Source: a virus
Taxonomy: Duplodnaviria; Caudoviricetes
Length of the DNA: 64,000 bases
IMG/VR virus record: IMGVR_UViG_3300034272_001608
Location: 2,105-66,104 of that record
Strand: one strand, 5' to 3'
How positions within the stretch are numbered: the first letter of the stretch is position 1; each line of letters opens with the position of its first letter. Positions 29,101 through 39,378 of this stretch are shown here, piece after piece. Position numbers and translations under genes: made by a program. The notes under the pieces were generated by a model. The model did not search any database. It had not been told where the DNA came from and saw only the letters and a program-made list of their open reading frames with translations.

Positions 29101-32100
29101 CACTTATCATTTAAAGCTTTAAAAACTTCATAATTTTCCACCTTACTTTGTTCTCCTGTTATTACACTACTAATTTTTCTTTCGGGTAATTGTTGTTGGT
29201 CAGGTAAACTTGCCCTTAATTTAGACAACACACCATTCAAAAAGTTATTTTGTAAACTTGTTTCTCTTTGCAGATACTGACTAAGTTGAGTTTGAAACTG
29301 AACGCGATTTAAAGATGGATTTATTAACTTCTGTGTCGCATACATTTTAATTATTGGCGATAACAAAATCACATTTTGTGCCGTAAATTCTATGTTATTA
29401 TCAACAAAGAAATCAGTAATGTAAGACCCTGTTGCACTATATCGAACATTTGGTATAGTTGAAAATCCAACCTCTGTTTCAAGGGCAATCCAAGCCGCCC
29501 TGTTATTAATTTGAGATTGACTCAAACTAAGAGTTCCTCCTCTTGTTGGAAGTGTGTTTGGGACATATGGATTGAATGTGATTGGGTCAATAACAACTGG
29601 CGTGTTGTTGTAAGATAAATAAGAATCAAACATTCTTCTTTGATAGTTTGATGGATTACCATACTTGAATATTACATCAAACTCCATAAAAGATTTAACT
29701 CCGTTTTGGAAAACAGCAAATTGGTTTTCAATTGTATTATTAAAATATTGTTCTTCTGTTTGTCCGCTTGTTTTAATCGGAACACTCATTAAACTCTTGA
29801 AAAACGATTGGAAATTTCTGAAGTTTGCGTTTACGTTTACTGGCGAAACTCCAAAGGTTGCGGTTTCTTCTCCCACAGACGCGTTTGTTATTGGCTTACA
29901 AAAATTCAAAAACTCTTGTTCAAATCTATCCAATATTTTTTTATCAAAAACAGAAAACACTTCTTCTATTTTAGTGTACTCATCTTGAGTTAAAAAGGTA
30001 ACAGGTGATTGGCTATTTCCTGTTGTAATAAAATTAAGATATGAATCAGGTTGTGGGTATGTTATTTGGTTATTATCATAATATCCAAAATTAGGTGCTG
30101 ACCATAAACATCTAACTGAGCCGTTGAACACACTTGTGTTGTTGGTTAAATTTACTTTGGTGCCTGGTGTTGTTGTTTGTCCAGTAAGACACGCATTAAT
30201 TGTTTGGTTTAATGGTGTACCAAATGATGGTATAACATAATACTCGTCTCCACTTGTATTATCTTTAGGATTACAATCTATTGGGGAATCTGGACTTATG
30301 TTTGGTAATAAAACAGACCAAGTTGACAACCTAAGGTTTTTAGTTCCTTGTGTTGCACTATTAATATTAGAACTACTAAAGTTATATAACTTCAACCCTC
30401 CATTAACACTATTTTGTATTTCTTGATTTGTATAATCTTTGTATAAATCATAACCATTAAAAAACACGTTAAAGTCATTAATAACTTTAGGGTAGAATCC
30501 AACCTGCATATTTACACTTGTTGTATCTTCAGTTTGTAAAGTTATATTAATATTGTTATCACCATATTTTAATGAATACGTTTGTGTTGTGGCACTTGTT
30601 ATTGGATAATAATTTCCCGCATAGTTAAAGTTATTCCAAGCACTTTGTAAGATATCCACATTAGATTCTTTATATCTTTTGTATCTGTGCCAAATAGAAC
30701 CATACTTTAATACCCATGCGTATGGTAATTTATGAATTGCACCAAACTTTTTAAGTGCCGATGAAATATAATCTAAATCTGTAGTAACTCCATTGGTTTG
30801 TGGTGGTTCGGGTTTAGTATATGTCTTATATTTTTCTCTTAACGTTGCTAAAGGTAATGAATTTAAAAACAAAAATGCCGCTTGAACATACGGATATGTG
30901 TTTCCTGAAATTCTTGAATTATATACCCCGTTTTGGATTGCGTTGATAAAATAAGGAGTGTTCAACATAGATGTTGTACTTCTTGGACCAAAGGCTCCTG
31001 TTGGTGTTGTTCCGTTAACGTATCCCTCGGTTGCGATAAAATTGTCAGGGGTTCTTGTTCCGTAAAAAGCATTCAATCCAACAACACCCAAAGATGGAAT
31101 ACCTATGGTTAAAGCAACCACGGTTGGGTTAGGGTTTACTATATATCCAAAATTAGTTACAGGTCTATTAAAGACGTAATTATATACATCCGTAAAATTG
31201 GAAATAATCTTTCTTTGTTCAAATATAGTTAAAGATTTATTTGTATTATAAACTTGATTTGAAATCGCGGTATTACTTTGACTCATGTTGTTTAAACACC
31301 ATGTAGAATCTGTGTAGGGTAAAGTGTCAACAATCAATGGTTCGTTGGATGCATTAGTTATTAAAGACCTTAGGGCTTCTGATTTTGCAGATGTCTGTGG
31401 AATTTTTCCAAGTTCTAACGTGCCTAAAATAGCAAAAGAATTTTCAGTTATGTTTTTTATATATGGTGTAACAAAGAAATCTCTAATGTAATCTTGGTAC
31501 GCTCTACCTGTACCTAAGTTTGATATTGTATTTAAAAACTGAGGGTAGTTAGACGCGTTCAAATTAAAATTCTTAAGTTTGAGTGTTAAGTATGGCGAAC
31601 TACCTCCAAGTTTAGTTTGGATATTATTAACTTCGGTTTCAACATTCAATCTTAATAACTCGTCTGTCTGGCTTGAGTTTGCTCTAACTAAACCAGAATA
31701 ATGAGATGTAAGAAATTGTCTCTCCCAAATCTCATAGAAAAATTTAATCTCTTCTTTATTAGAATATGCAAGTCCTGTTGAGGGGTACTCTATTGCATTT
31801 ATGTTAATTATGTTTGTATCGTTTTGGTTGTCAAGTGGTGGTGGTGCTGCAGGATTTTGAAACTTTTGTGTTAATCCTTTCATGTACTCTTCAACAAATT
31901 CAACCTCTGGCCACTTATCAAAAAGGTATCCTTGGGTTAAATCCACAACAGTTGGGTCCGCAATATACTTTAATTGGAATCTCCCTTTTTTATCATCGGG
32001 TGATTCAACAAAGAATTGAGGCCACGGATAAACGGGTATCTGTGAATTATTGTCCGCAGTATTTAACGGATTTCTTTTTACGTTGTCTATTGTTTCACTA

Positions 32101-33950
32101 CTTGGTGCCGATGTTGGGTTGTCTAAAATCGCTCTTTTTCTTACAGGGTCGTATTTTACACTCCAAGCATTAGTATGACAATCGTCCATAAGACGAATAA
32201 AACCTTCCGCCGATGCCATAATAACAGCAATAATATTTCTAACAGTAGGTTTAAACCCAATACCCGCATCTTTATCTTCTATTTTTCTAAGTAATTTTGC
32301 AGAAATATCACTTTCGTATTCTGATAATTTTTTATTTGCTTGAGTTTCTAAAAGAGTAATTTCTTTATCAAATCTACCGTCCCCCTCAAAAATAAAACAT
32401 TTTTGTGGCACAACTGTGTCGGGTACAAGAAGTTCAGGTTTTGATTTTTCAAATGTTGGTTTTAACTTGTTTAGTAAAATAATATCTTTTTGTTTTTTAA
32501 TATCTTCAGTTGTAGGTAAAACAATTCCTGTTCGTATTCTTGTCGTTTCAGTCCAATCAATGTCCGCTTCCCCTGGAACAGGACACTCAAATATATCGTA
32601 TTTAATTGGGTTAACTATTGGAGACGGTCCTTTTGCCCCCAATGTTGGGTTTTCAGCAAGTGACTTATTAAATCTTGTTACATTATCTTTTAATAATGTT
32701 ACCGCAGAATCTTTAACCGATTGTTCTAATGGTTTAAATAAATAAACGTTTTTACCAGTCTTTCCCGCATTCAAAACAACAGGTTGTGGGTCCAAATAAG
32801 TATTAAACCATGAATTGTCCGCACCTCTTACGCTGTTGAAGTATTGTGTTAGTATTCCTTTATAGTTTCTTATATTAGTTAAAGATTCAACCTCTGTTTT
32901 ATCAAACGAGTTCATAATGTTTTGTTCAAACATTTCTAACTTGTTCATAAGTTGTACAAGAGTTAATTCAGGAAAATCAGGTGGAATTAATCCTTTGGCC
33001 TTATATTCACTATAAACCTCAACAATTTTTTGATATCCCTTTTCAGCAACCAGCTGGGTAACAACCGCTTCTTTAGAACCTACATTATTAGCTCCTTTTT
33101 CCGCTTGAGTACTTGCTTGTGATTCTGCGGACTTATTTGATTGTTGTGGACCTACAGGGGTTTGAGCAACATCAAATCTTTGACTATACATGTGTGGTGC
33201 CGCTAATAAGTGACCCATTGCAATTTCATTTAGGATATTAAATTTATATCCTTTGAATTGAAGTCTAACTTGATAGTTACCGCTAAATGTGTTAAATGTG
33301 GCATTAAACTTTTCTAAATTAAGTTGGTATCTAATAGCCTGTCCATAATATCCTTTCAATGTTAGATAGAATGGTGGATATGGTAAATTAAAAAAGGCGG
33401 AGTAGGGTGAGTTATTACCTAATTGAAACAATCCTCTTCCTTGTACATCTTCCAACATTATTTCTACTGTAGGTATGTAACTTGAGTTAGTTTGTATGTT
33501 AATTGACGTTATACCCAAAAGTCCATTATCCATAATGTCTTTCTCATTGGCAACAGTATTTTGAATATAAGCCTTACCGTTGTTGTTGTCAGGTTGACCT
33601 ATCTCTAGTTGTTGGTTTGCACCTTTAAACTCTGTTGAGTTTTGTCCCGTTATCTCATCGTAATATCCAGTTCCAAGGTATGTGTTTTTTGTTGGTTTCA
33701 AAAAATTCATCTTAGCAACCGAAATGGTTCTAAGTCTGTCTTCAGGGCTACCTCCAACGGCAAGTTTTGTTCTTGGAACAACTTCAGCTTCCAAGTTTGC
33801 ATACATAACTAAATTCTCGTGGTCAACAAGACGCTCCGCAACGTTACCAAAAACATCAATTGTCTTATTTGGGTCAACAACAATAATGTTGTTGTAATCG
33901 AATTCTACAAGAATATTTCCGCTGTTATCTGCTTGAATGTTACCTGCCAT
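26166..33950 (-). CDS. Giant baseplate hub protein (T4 gp27 / gpD-like) with C-terminal lysozyme-like and IPT/TIG domains
   Basis: N-terminal GITSINI...PTVEIMLEDVQG; C-terminal hub motif YKCTVTALGN..IQP...FNGPYMITDVNHSI..GSFQT.F.GVR; PPPIINTFTPLSG..GT.I.I.G.NL IPT signature; follows the gp53-like gene. Confidence 0.7.
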   Translation of the reverse strand: MAGNIQADNSGNILVEFDYNNIIVVDPNKTIDVFGNVAERLVDHENLVMYANLEAEVVPRTKLAVGGSPEDRLRTISVAKMNFLKPTKNTYLGTGYYDEITGQNSTEFKGANQQLEIGQPDNNNGKAYIQNTVANEKDIMDNGLLGITSINIQTNSSYIPTVEIMLEDVQGRGLFQLGNNSPYSAFFNLPYPPFYLTLKGYYGQAIRYQLNLEKFNATFNTFSGNYQVRLQFKGYKFNILNEIAMGHLLAAPHMYSQRFDVAQTPVGPQQSNKSAESQASTQAEKGANNVGSKEAVVTQLVAEKGYQKIVEVYSEYKAKGLIPPDFPELTLVQLMNKLEMFEQNIMNSFDKTEVESLTNIRNYKGILTQYFNSVRGADNSWFNTYLDPQPVVLNAGKTGKNVYLFKPLEQSVKDSAVTLLKDNVTRFNKSLAENPTLGAKGPSPIVNPIKYDIFECPVPGEADIDWTETTRIRTGIVLPTTEDIKKQKDIILLNKLKPTFEKSKPELLVPDTVVPQKCFIFEGDGRFDKEITLLETQANKKLSEYESDISAKLLRKIEDKDAGIGFKPTVRNIIAVIMASAEGFIRLMDDCHTNAWSVKYDPVRKRAILDNPTSAPSSETIDNVKRNPLNTADNNSQIPVYPWPQFFVESPDDKKGRFQLKYIADPTVVDLTQGYLFDKWPEVEFVEEYMKGLTQKFQNPAAPPPLDNQNDTNIININAIEYPSTGLAYSNKEEIKFFYEIWERQFLTSHYSGLVRANSSQTDELLRLNVETEVNNIQTKLGGSSPYLTLKLKNFNLNASNYPQFLNTISNLGTGRAYQDYIRDFFVTPYIKNITENSFAILGTLELGKIPQTSAKSEALRSLITNASNEPLIVDTLPYTDSTWCLNNMSQSNTAISNQVYNTNKSLTIFEQRKIISNFTDVYNYVFNRPVTNFGYIVNPNPTVVALTIGIPSLGVVGLNAFYGTRTPDNFIATEGYVNGTTPTGAFGPRSTTSMLNTPYFINAIQNGVYNSRISGNTYPYVQAAFLFLNSLPLATLREKYKTYTKPEPPQTNGVTTDLDYISSALKKFGAIHKLPYAWVLKYGSIWHRYKRYKESNVDILQSAWNNFNYAGNYYPITSATTQTYSLKYGDNNINITLQTEDTTSVNMQVGFYPKVINDFNVFFNGYDLYKDYTNQEIQNSVNGGLKLYNFSSSNINSATQGTKNLRLSTWSVLLPNISPDSPIDCNPKDNTSGDEYYVIPSFGTPLNQTINACLTGQTTTPGTKVNLTNNTSVFNGSVRCLWSAPNFGYYDNNQITYPQPDSYLNFITTGNSQSPVTFLTQDEYTKIEEVFSVFDKKILDRFEQEFLNFCKPITNASVGEETATFGVSPVNVNANFRNFQSFFKSLMSVPIKTSGQTEEQYFNNTIENQFAVFQNGVKSFMEFDVIFKYGNPSNYQRRMFDSYLSYNNTPVVIDPITFNPYVPNTLPTRGGTLSLSQSQINNRAAWIALETEVGFSTIPNVRYSATGSYITDFFVDNNIEFTAQNVILLSPIIKMYATQKLINPSLNRVQFQTQLSQYLQRETSLQNNFLNGVLSKLRASLPDQQQLPERKISSVITGEQSKVENYEVFKALNDKWIAGGDYKTKTLFEDILFLDRASRNIGDTILLDIFDLKTMFGVGGDKPGEYSLNQAMSVFTFISGILIKNNFTVMNLPAYVNFYNIQDVDGTTEPKPEGSLEFANNFWGTFLNVDYRNSGPKMVCFYVGKPSQYLALPKGNSRFRDDAFEMRRASENPLLENQQGKKDWAVSNKCVGFNVDLGIRNQNIFYSFTVSQDNGVATSESINTQLNMVDQASGRAVATQNVSLYNLYKQRSYKCTVTALGNALIQPTMYFNVRHVPMFNGPYMITDVNHSIQPGSFQTVFNGVRQGIYDLPAIDSFLQSINQNLLTKLEELKKINKEQVAVSGITNTIKAKELPQQANNTLDTTNSCSAKVILPEYTNANPAYTAVNGTSTKVTPQELANALKRLIPSNPDLQSIIYCISYMKTYQKDSNTSVGTFNAWNNNLAILDLEMSYGGQISQLQRTYSCINITSNPSTSSSKPVAHFASLDAYINFMSGRLTANVNRILDIGLAKYYVCFWPKSNITPEYYDSHIGEFKQTKDTFYKALKSATEVGLTNADKVIDFKTAIKNAEAKGRTPGVTPTPTPLPVLSGLTCPPPIINTFTPLSGNTGTIIQINGRNLASVSAVTFSSQVTPQQPQQIFEKVLAKDITFLNENTLRLSIPKFGTGTFKVQTKVAAVGEYGLYSPTGLFTYDPAISASTASSPGAFQNPTNANAVPPSSATTGTTGTTVTTTNPNLQNTAQSPLILTDKTSSELGNGILTVKVNPVEGVGVWKIDDQPRYNYRIDAIEIGPNNTVKRYTPSEGTYQALEGFVSPDGQTFSITREAFIDKAFEQDIEMEDGNRLEISTTIELYARPADKVKYPQDFTRDYNFRIVVPSTGNTVQPEGSLVSIQRSEDVDLPNYNGKEYYNIKRPDGGYITYRFSCSRCVITKVEVVKSNEQTSVQNITITNTPDTKYTNVIDVKNSGRFVLSVTYNNADVPGTFTAKSEPFTL

Positions 33951-34263
33951 AATAATAAAAATGATTTTCTAACGCGGCTTTATAATCCTGTAAAGATGGT
34001 AATAACGGAAAAGGAATAATCAATACCGCACCATCATATATGTTGTTCTCAAGTCCTCCAAATTGCGGATTAGCTTGAAGGATTAACCACCCAAAATATG
34101 GTGAGTTATAATACTCTTGAGAAACTTTGTCTAACCTACTTTTAGCAACTTTATATATGTAAGCTTTGTCAGTTGGCTTTTGAGCAAGTGGAACCCATGG
34201 TACCACAGTTTGTTCACCATTTATAAGAAAATCACTATATCTATTCCAATACTGAAATGCCAT
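33940..34263 (-). CDS. LysM-like baseplate wedge protein (T4 gp53-like)
   Basis: RLDKVSQEYYNSPYFGWLILQANP...G.VLIIP. Confidence 0.85.
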   Translation of the reverse strand: MAFQYWNRYSDFLINGEQTVVPWVPLAQKPTDKAYIYKVAKSRLDKVSQEYYNSPYFGWLILQANPQFGGLENNIYDGAVLIIPFPLLPSLQDYKAALENHFYYYGR

Positions 34264-37200
34264 TAGTTAAGTTTTGCTTTTGATATGAATGCACCTGTCG
34301 CGTTACCGTTGGTGTCATTCCAAGTTAATACATTAGTGTTTTGATTTGTGGTATTGGCTAATCCTTTAATCATATTCTCTTGTGATTTTTTCTTATCTGT
34401 GGTAGATGGGTTTTCAGTTGTAAAAGTAAACTCTCTATCTTTTTTACTAAATGGTGTATATACTAAATAATTTTTCAAACCATTTTTTTCTAAATTATCC
34501 ACAAAAGATTTAGATATATTGTTTTCTTCCAAGAACGCAGGTTTGGCCGTTTTTTCCCAATAAAGATTAAACGCAGCTTCAATGTCTGCGGAACCATTTC
34601 CAATCACAGTTTGGTTTCCTATAACGTTACCAATAATTTGTTGTTTGAATGTTTGGTATTTTTTATCATCAACAACATCATCAGAAACAATCATATATAC
34701 TCTTCTAAAAACATTGTTTTCAAAATTTGCATTTCTACTAAAAGGTAAGAAAACTTGTTGAGTTGTAACCGCTTTAGACTTACCATTATCAACTTGATAT
34801 ACAAGTATTCCCTCGTATTCGGTACTATTAAAAGAAAACTTACTGTTTGAAAAAATAACTTGATTGAATCCCGCAATATCTTGTTGGATTTTTTTAACGT
34901 CATCAACTAACTCAATCAGTGTGTTTGCGGCGGTAGAACCTTTAGTAACTCTAGATGTTCCTAAAGTTACGTATGTTGTTACGGGTCCGTTGTTAGTTTG
35001 AAATCCGTCAGTTCCAGAATCAAAAGTTGTTCCTTTATAAGTAACAATGTTAACTCTACTTAAAGTTTGTAGATAAGATTGTTCTTGATTTACTAAATCT
35101 TGTGTAATTTTTGAAATCGCATTTTGGAATGAACTTCTCTTTTTTGAAACATAATTTGAATAATTCTCTTTTACGGTTCTAATCAATTTCTCTGAAAAGT
35201 TTTTTGAGTTATCCGAAATGAATTGGATAAACCCTTCACTGCCGTTTTTGATATTATTATCTAATTCCACAAATATTTCATCAAATCTTTTTTCAACGTT
35301 ATTAGGTTTACCAAATAGAACAACGTTTGGTGAATCAACATTAAAATTACCTTGGGTGTAGTTTCTCTCCAATAACCACTGTTGTCTTACCGCATTATTA
35401 TATTGGTTAATAGTTTCCTTAGTTTTGTTTACAACATTGGTAAAGTATGTTTGAGTATCGGTTTTAACTTTTTCCATGAAGTCACTATAACTTATTACTC
35501 CAGTAGTACCACTTGTTGTTGCAGAACTACTAATAACAATTCCAATTGGGTTATTATTACTTTGTCCGTTATTTGGTTGAGCACTATTGGCTCCTGGTAT
35601 TGGTGGAGGTGTCTGTCCTGCCAAGAATATTTGGTCAAGTATTTTGGAAGATTCTTTATCGGTAGCGTCGGCTCTGTCGTCGTAAATTTCGGTATTCGCA
35701 TAATAGTTGAATGTTAGAGCGTTTTGTAACTTATCAATAGATTCTTTTAACCCACTACCACCGACAAAGTTAAACGACAAAGTCACATTGGCAATCATTG
35801 GTTGAACACCAATACCTTCAGGGTTAATATCCAAACCTTCATATTGTATTGATAGGTTATTCGGAATTATCTTTGTATTATAAAAATCTCCAACTCTTAA
35901 AACTAACACGGGTGGTGCACCAAAAGCGGTATTTACCGCATTATTATATTCTGCCTCAGGTTTAGCATTTGGCGTTTTTTGTTTGATTGTAGGGATAGTA
36001 TCCCCTGGTCTCATACATTGTTGTAAGAATGTTAACCTTGAGTTAAGACCTTCGGGTGTTATAGAGTGGAATGATGGTTGGAAAAACTTAAGTTTATCTT
36101 TTAGGTTATCATACACCATCGGTGTTTCCGCCTTTATTGTTTCAAAATAATCACACTCAGATAATAAAGCTCTTACAACTTTCTTAGTTATGTTGTCTTT
36201 TGGTTTCCACTCTTGAGTCACTTCTTCAACTTTTACTGTTTCAGTCACAACATTTCCAACTAACACATCAGTCTTGTTTGGTACTGGGTCTGACTTTGGG
36301 GTTTGTATTGTTGTTGAAACGTTTTTAATAAATGCTCTTCTACACGCCATTGCATTAACTGTGAATATTTCTTTAGAATCTGCATTGGTGTCTCCTCCTG
36401 ACGCACTTGGGTCGTTATCAGTACAATTAAACGTGTTTCCAAGTGGTGTCAAATCAGTGACTGTATATGTACCACCACTTTTAACCGCCGCCTTTTGTAC
36501 TTGTGAAGAATTAGTTGTACCACTTCCAATTGTAGTTTCCTCACCAAGAGCAGTTCCACCTAATATTATCAATCTTTTTGGTGAAGATGTTGTATATTTT
36601 TTTAGTGCTTGATTGTTTGTAAAAAATTCAACCATAGAACGTATCCTTCTTCTTGATAGTTCTACGTTATATGCTTTTGTTGCAGGTGCGGAACAACTTG
36701 AATCAACATTAATTGTTACACTACCTTCGGTATTTGTTTCAAATATTTTTGCTAAATCTAAACAAAACTGTTCTGCAACTTTATAGTTTGGAGTTACGAC
36801 TGTATCAAAAAAGGTATTTGTGGCACCTGCGTTTTCTTTAGAGTTATAATATTTTCTATTAGAAGTCGATGTATATCTATTATACTCAGTAATATAATCT
36901 GTAGTACCATTTGGTTTTGGGTAATCATTTCCAAAATATAATCCCAAATTAAGGTACTTTTTTAATAATGACTCAACTTCACTATTGATTGACGATGAAG
37001 ATATAGGTTGGTCGGCTCCGTTTGGAGAATTAACACCACTCTCAATTGTTTTTCTTGTATACTCAATCTGCTCCCTAGTCATTTCTTTAGTTGTAATGGC
37101 CTGTTGTAATTGGAACAAGTCATTAGGGTTTACGGTTTGGTATTTTTTAGCAAGTTCATATATGTCGTATTTTCTACATCCTGCAAAAAATGATTCAAGT

Positions 37201-39338
37201 ATACTATCAATACGAACTCTATTTGTTTCGTTATTTAATACTTTATTAACAATAACGTTCAACACAGATGGATGGTCAACAACTATCTTCCAAGTTAACG
37301 ACCCACCTCTATTTGTACTCTTATAGGTGTAAATTGGTTCAGGTCTTCCCAAAAATTCACTAGCATTCCAGTTTGCGGTAACAGTCTCACTGAATGTTAA
37401 TCCGTATGGTGGGAACCACATAACACGTCCTCCGTTTGGACCTCTCTCACAAACAGGTAAGTCTGATGTTGAAAACCCTGGTGTATTTGATGTTCTCCAC
37501 GCTAAGTTCTCGATTGAGAACATGTATTTCTTGGCAACAGCATTATTAATGGTACCAATAATATTTGAAGAGTCTTGTCCACCCTCTTGTTTGTTTGGTA
37601 CAATATTAAGATTATATGTTTTGTCTAATACCGAATATGCAAATCTTCTACCTTCAGTTGTGATACCATCAACTTTTTGAAGGTCATTGTATTGTAAGTA
37701 TGGTACATCTTTAGCAAATACACGACAATACTCAGTACCAACTTCTTGTCCAATTGCACCAACATATCTATAAACTCTTGAGCCTTTAGTTAACTCTTTA
37801 TACCCATCATGGAATACTTTACTAACTTGGTCAATCGCATTACCAACGTGTTGTAATCTTTTACCACCTTGTGGTTGGCTATCAATAATTCTTTGGGTAT
37901 CGTCTAAAATAGAACCCTCTCTAAATGTTCTTTCAGTAGACTCAGTTGTGTTATATGATGACGGTTTGAAGTCTTCGTCTTCATTTGTAACCTCACCACC
38001 AAGACCAACTTTCTTACCAGCGTTACCTTTATACTTAGGAGACACCCACGTAAATCCACCTTCAATACCTCCTCCATTAGAGTATGTAGGACCATTGGCA
38101 CCTAATCTAACATCTTTACTTGGTCCTTCATATAACTGAGCAAGTTCTTGTGGACCATATACAGGTGACTGTTGTTCTATACCATACGCATTAACAGGTA
38201 CTTCACCTACAGGTGAGAATACTTGTGAAGGGTTTGATGTAATATTTCCTATATAGAAATTACTATTGTCAGATTGTGTACCTGTTAAAGCCCCCGCAGC
38301 TCTGTCAATAAATGTTCTTGGGAAGTTTGGTTTATACTTGTTATAATCAATATTCTTGAACAGTCTTGACCTCTGACCCGCCCCCATGTTGTTAAACATG
38401 ATTTGAGAACCAGTGTCTCCACCACCCATTAATCTATTAAAGAACTTACCAACACCACTACTTCTAAACGCATTAGACATTTGTTGTATTGTAGTCTGTG
38501 GACCTGGGTTGATGTTAGGGTCAAAGTATGAACCAGGAATTGTGGATGCGGGTAAAATACTACCACCCAATCTCAACGCAAAGTTGGCTGCAGCAAATAT
38601 TGGATTTGCGTTTACAGTAATTCTGTAGTTTGGTTCAATAATTGGAACTACCCCTGATAATATATTAACAATGTCACTACCACTATTGATGTTAAGAATA
38701 TTGGCTCTGTCAATCGTTTCTTGTCTAATTTGAGCAGCAATTCTATCTTCAAACTCTTTTCTCAAAGTTTGTGCTCCAAGACGAGCAATGAATGAATCTT
38801 GACTCAATAATCCATTACTACCACCAGGGTCTGGTGATAATAAAATTGAAACAGGAGTATAACTTGACGGAACAAAAGTTGTTGGGTAAGGTTGGTTATT
38901 TGATAGATTGGTTGTTTGTGGTCTATCTAATGAATTAAAAAATGGAGCACTGTCAAGTTGAAGTTGACTTCCGTTTGAATATACGTTGAGTGGTTTCCAT
39001 TTCTGAGATTCTGGAACGGCTTGGTCAACAATATTTGCATCCTGGTACCCATATTCACCTTCATTGGATTTTGTATTATTTAATCCATTTGGGTCAGGTA
39101 CTTGTTCGTATCCACCTTCGTTACCATATTGATTTAAAGGGTATAGTTGGTTGGCGAATGAAGGTTCGTCAATAAGTTGGTCAGGACTATCTTGAACTGA
39201 TGTGTCCGATTGAACGTATTCAGTATTAAATGGGGGCGTAGGTCTATTGGGAGCCTTGGCATAAGGTGTCAAGTTCCTAACTATAAGTTTCTTTCTGAAA
39301 CCTTCCGAATTTATAAAATCTAAAGGACTATTTCCCAT
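34263..39338 (-). CDS. Tail-tube initiator / baseplate protein (gp48/gp54-like) with inserted OmpA-like domain
   Basis: FSETVTANWNASEFLGRPEPIYTY and PPVLVLRVGDFY tube-like halves; LYFGND...YNVELSRRR...CRRAFI OmpA-C-like motifs between them; position between tape measure and gp53. Confidence 0.65.
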   Translation of the reverse strand: MGNSPLDFINSEGFRKKLIVRNLTPYAKAPNRPTPPFNTEYVQSDTSVQDSPDQLIDEPSFANQLYPLNQYGNEGGYEQVPDPNGLNNTKSNEGEYGYQDANIVDQAVPESQKWKPLNVYSNGSQLQLDSAPFFNSLDRPQTTNLSNNQPYPTTFVPSSYTPVSILLSPDPGGSNGLLSQDSFIARLGAQTLRKEFEDRIAAQIRQETIDRANILNINSGSDIVNILSGVVPIIEPNYRITVNANPIFAAANFALRLGGSILPASTIPGSYFDPNINPGPQTTIQQMSNAFRSSGVGKFFNRLMGGGDTGSQIMFNNMGAGQRSRLFKNIDYNKYKPNFPRTFIDRAAGALTGTQSDNSNFYIGNITSNPSQVFSPVGEVPVNAYGIEQQSPVYGPQELAQLYEGPSKDVRLGANGPTYSNGGGIEGGFTWVSPKYKGNAGKKVGLGGEVTNEDEDFKPSSYNTTESTERTFREGSILDDTQRIIDSQPQGGKRLQHVGNAIDQVSKVFHDGYKELTKGSRVYRYVGAIGQEVGTEYCRVFAKDVPYLQYNDLQKVDGITTEGRRFAYSVLDKTYNLNIVPNKQEGGQDSSNIIGTINNAVAKKYMFSIENLAWRTSNTPGFSTSDLPVCERGPNGGRVMWFPPYGLTFSETVTANWNASEFLGRPEPIYTYKSTNRGGSLTWKIVVDHPSVLNVIVNKVLNNETNRVRIDSILESFFAGCRKYDIYELAKKYQTVNPNDLFQLQQAITTKEMTREQIEYTRKTIESGVNSPNGADQPISSSSINSEVESLLKKYLNLGLYFGNDYPKPNGTTDYITEYNRYTSTSNRKYYNSKENAGATNTFFDTVVTPNYKVAEQFCLDLAKIFETNTEGSVTINVDSSCSAPATKAYNVELSRRRIRSMVEFFTNNQALKKYTTSSPKRLIILGGTALGEETTIGSGTTNSSQVQKAAVKSGGTYTVTDLTPLGNTFNCTDNDPSASGGDTNADSKEIFTVNAMACRRAFIKNVSTTIQTPKSDPVPNKTDVLVGNVVTETVKVEEVTQEWKPKDNITKKVVRALLSECDYFETIKAETPMVYDNLKDKLKFFQPSFHSITPEGLNSRLTFLQQCMRPGDTIPTIKQKTPNAKPEAEYNNAVNTAFGAPPVLVLRVGDFYNTKIIPNNLSIQYEGLDINPEGIGVQPMIANVTLSFNFVGGSGLKESIDKLQNALTFNYYANTEIYDDRADATDKESSKILDQIFLAGQTPPPIPGANSAQPNNGQSNNNPIGIVISSSATTSGTTGVISYSDFMEKVKTDTQTYFTNVVNKTKETINQYNNAVRQQWLLERNYTQGNFNVDSPNVVLFGKPNNVEKRFDEIFVELDNNIKNGSEGFIQFISDNSKNFSEKLIRTVKENYSNYVSKKRSSFQNAISKITQDLVNQEQSYLQTLSRVNIVTYKGTTFDSGTDGFQTNNGPVTTYVTLGTSRVTKGSTAANTLIELVDDVKKIQQDIAGFNQVIFSNSKFSFNSTEYEGILVYQVDNGKSKAVTTQQVFLPFSRNANFENNVFRRVYMIVSDDVVDDKKYQTFKQQIIGNVIGNQTVIGNGSADIEAAFNLYWEKTAKPAFLEENNISKSFVDNLEKNGLKNYLVYTPFSKKDREFTFTTENPSTTDKKKSQENMIKGLANTTNQNTNVLTWNDTNGNATGAFISKAKLN

Positions 39339-39378
39339 TTATATCTTTCCTAATAAATAGGTCGTGAGTTATTTTTTA

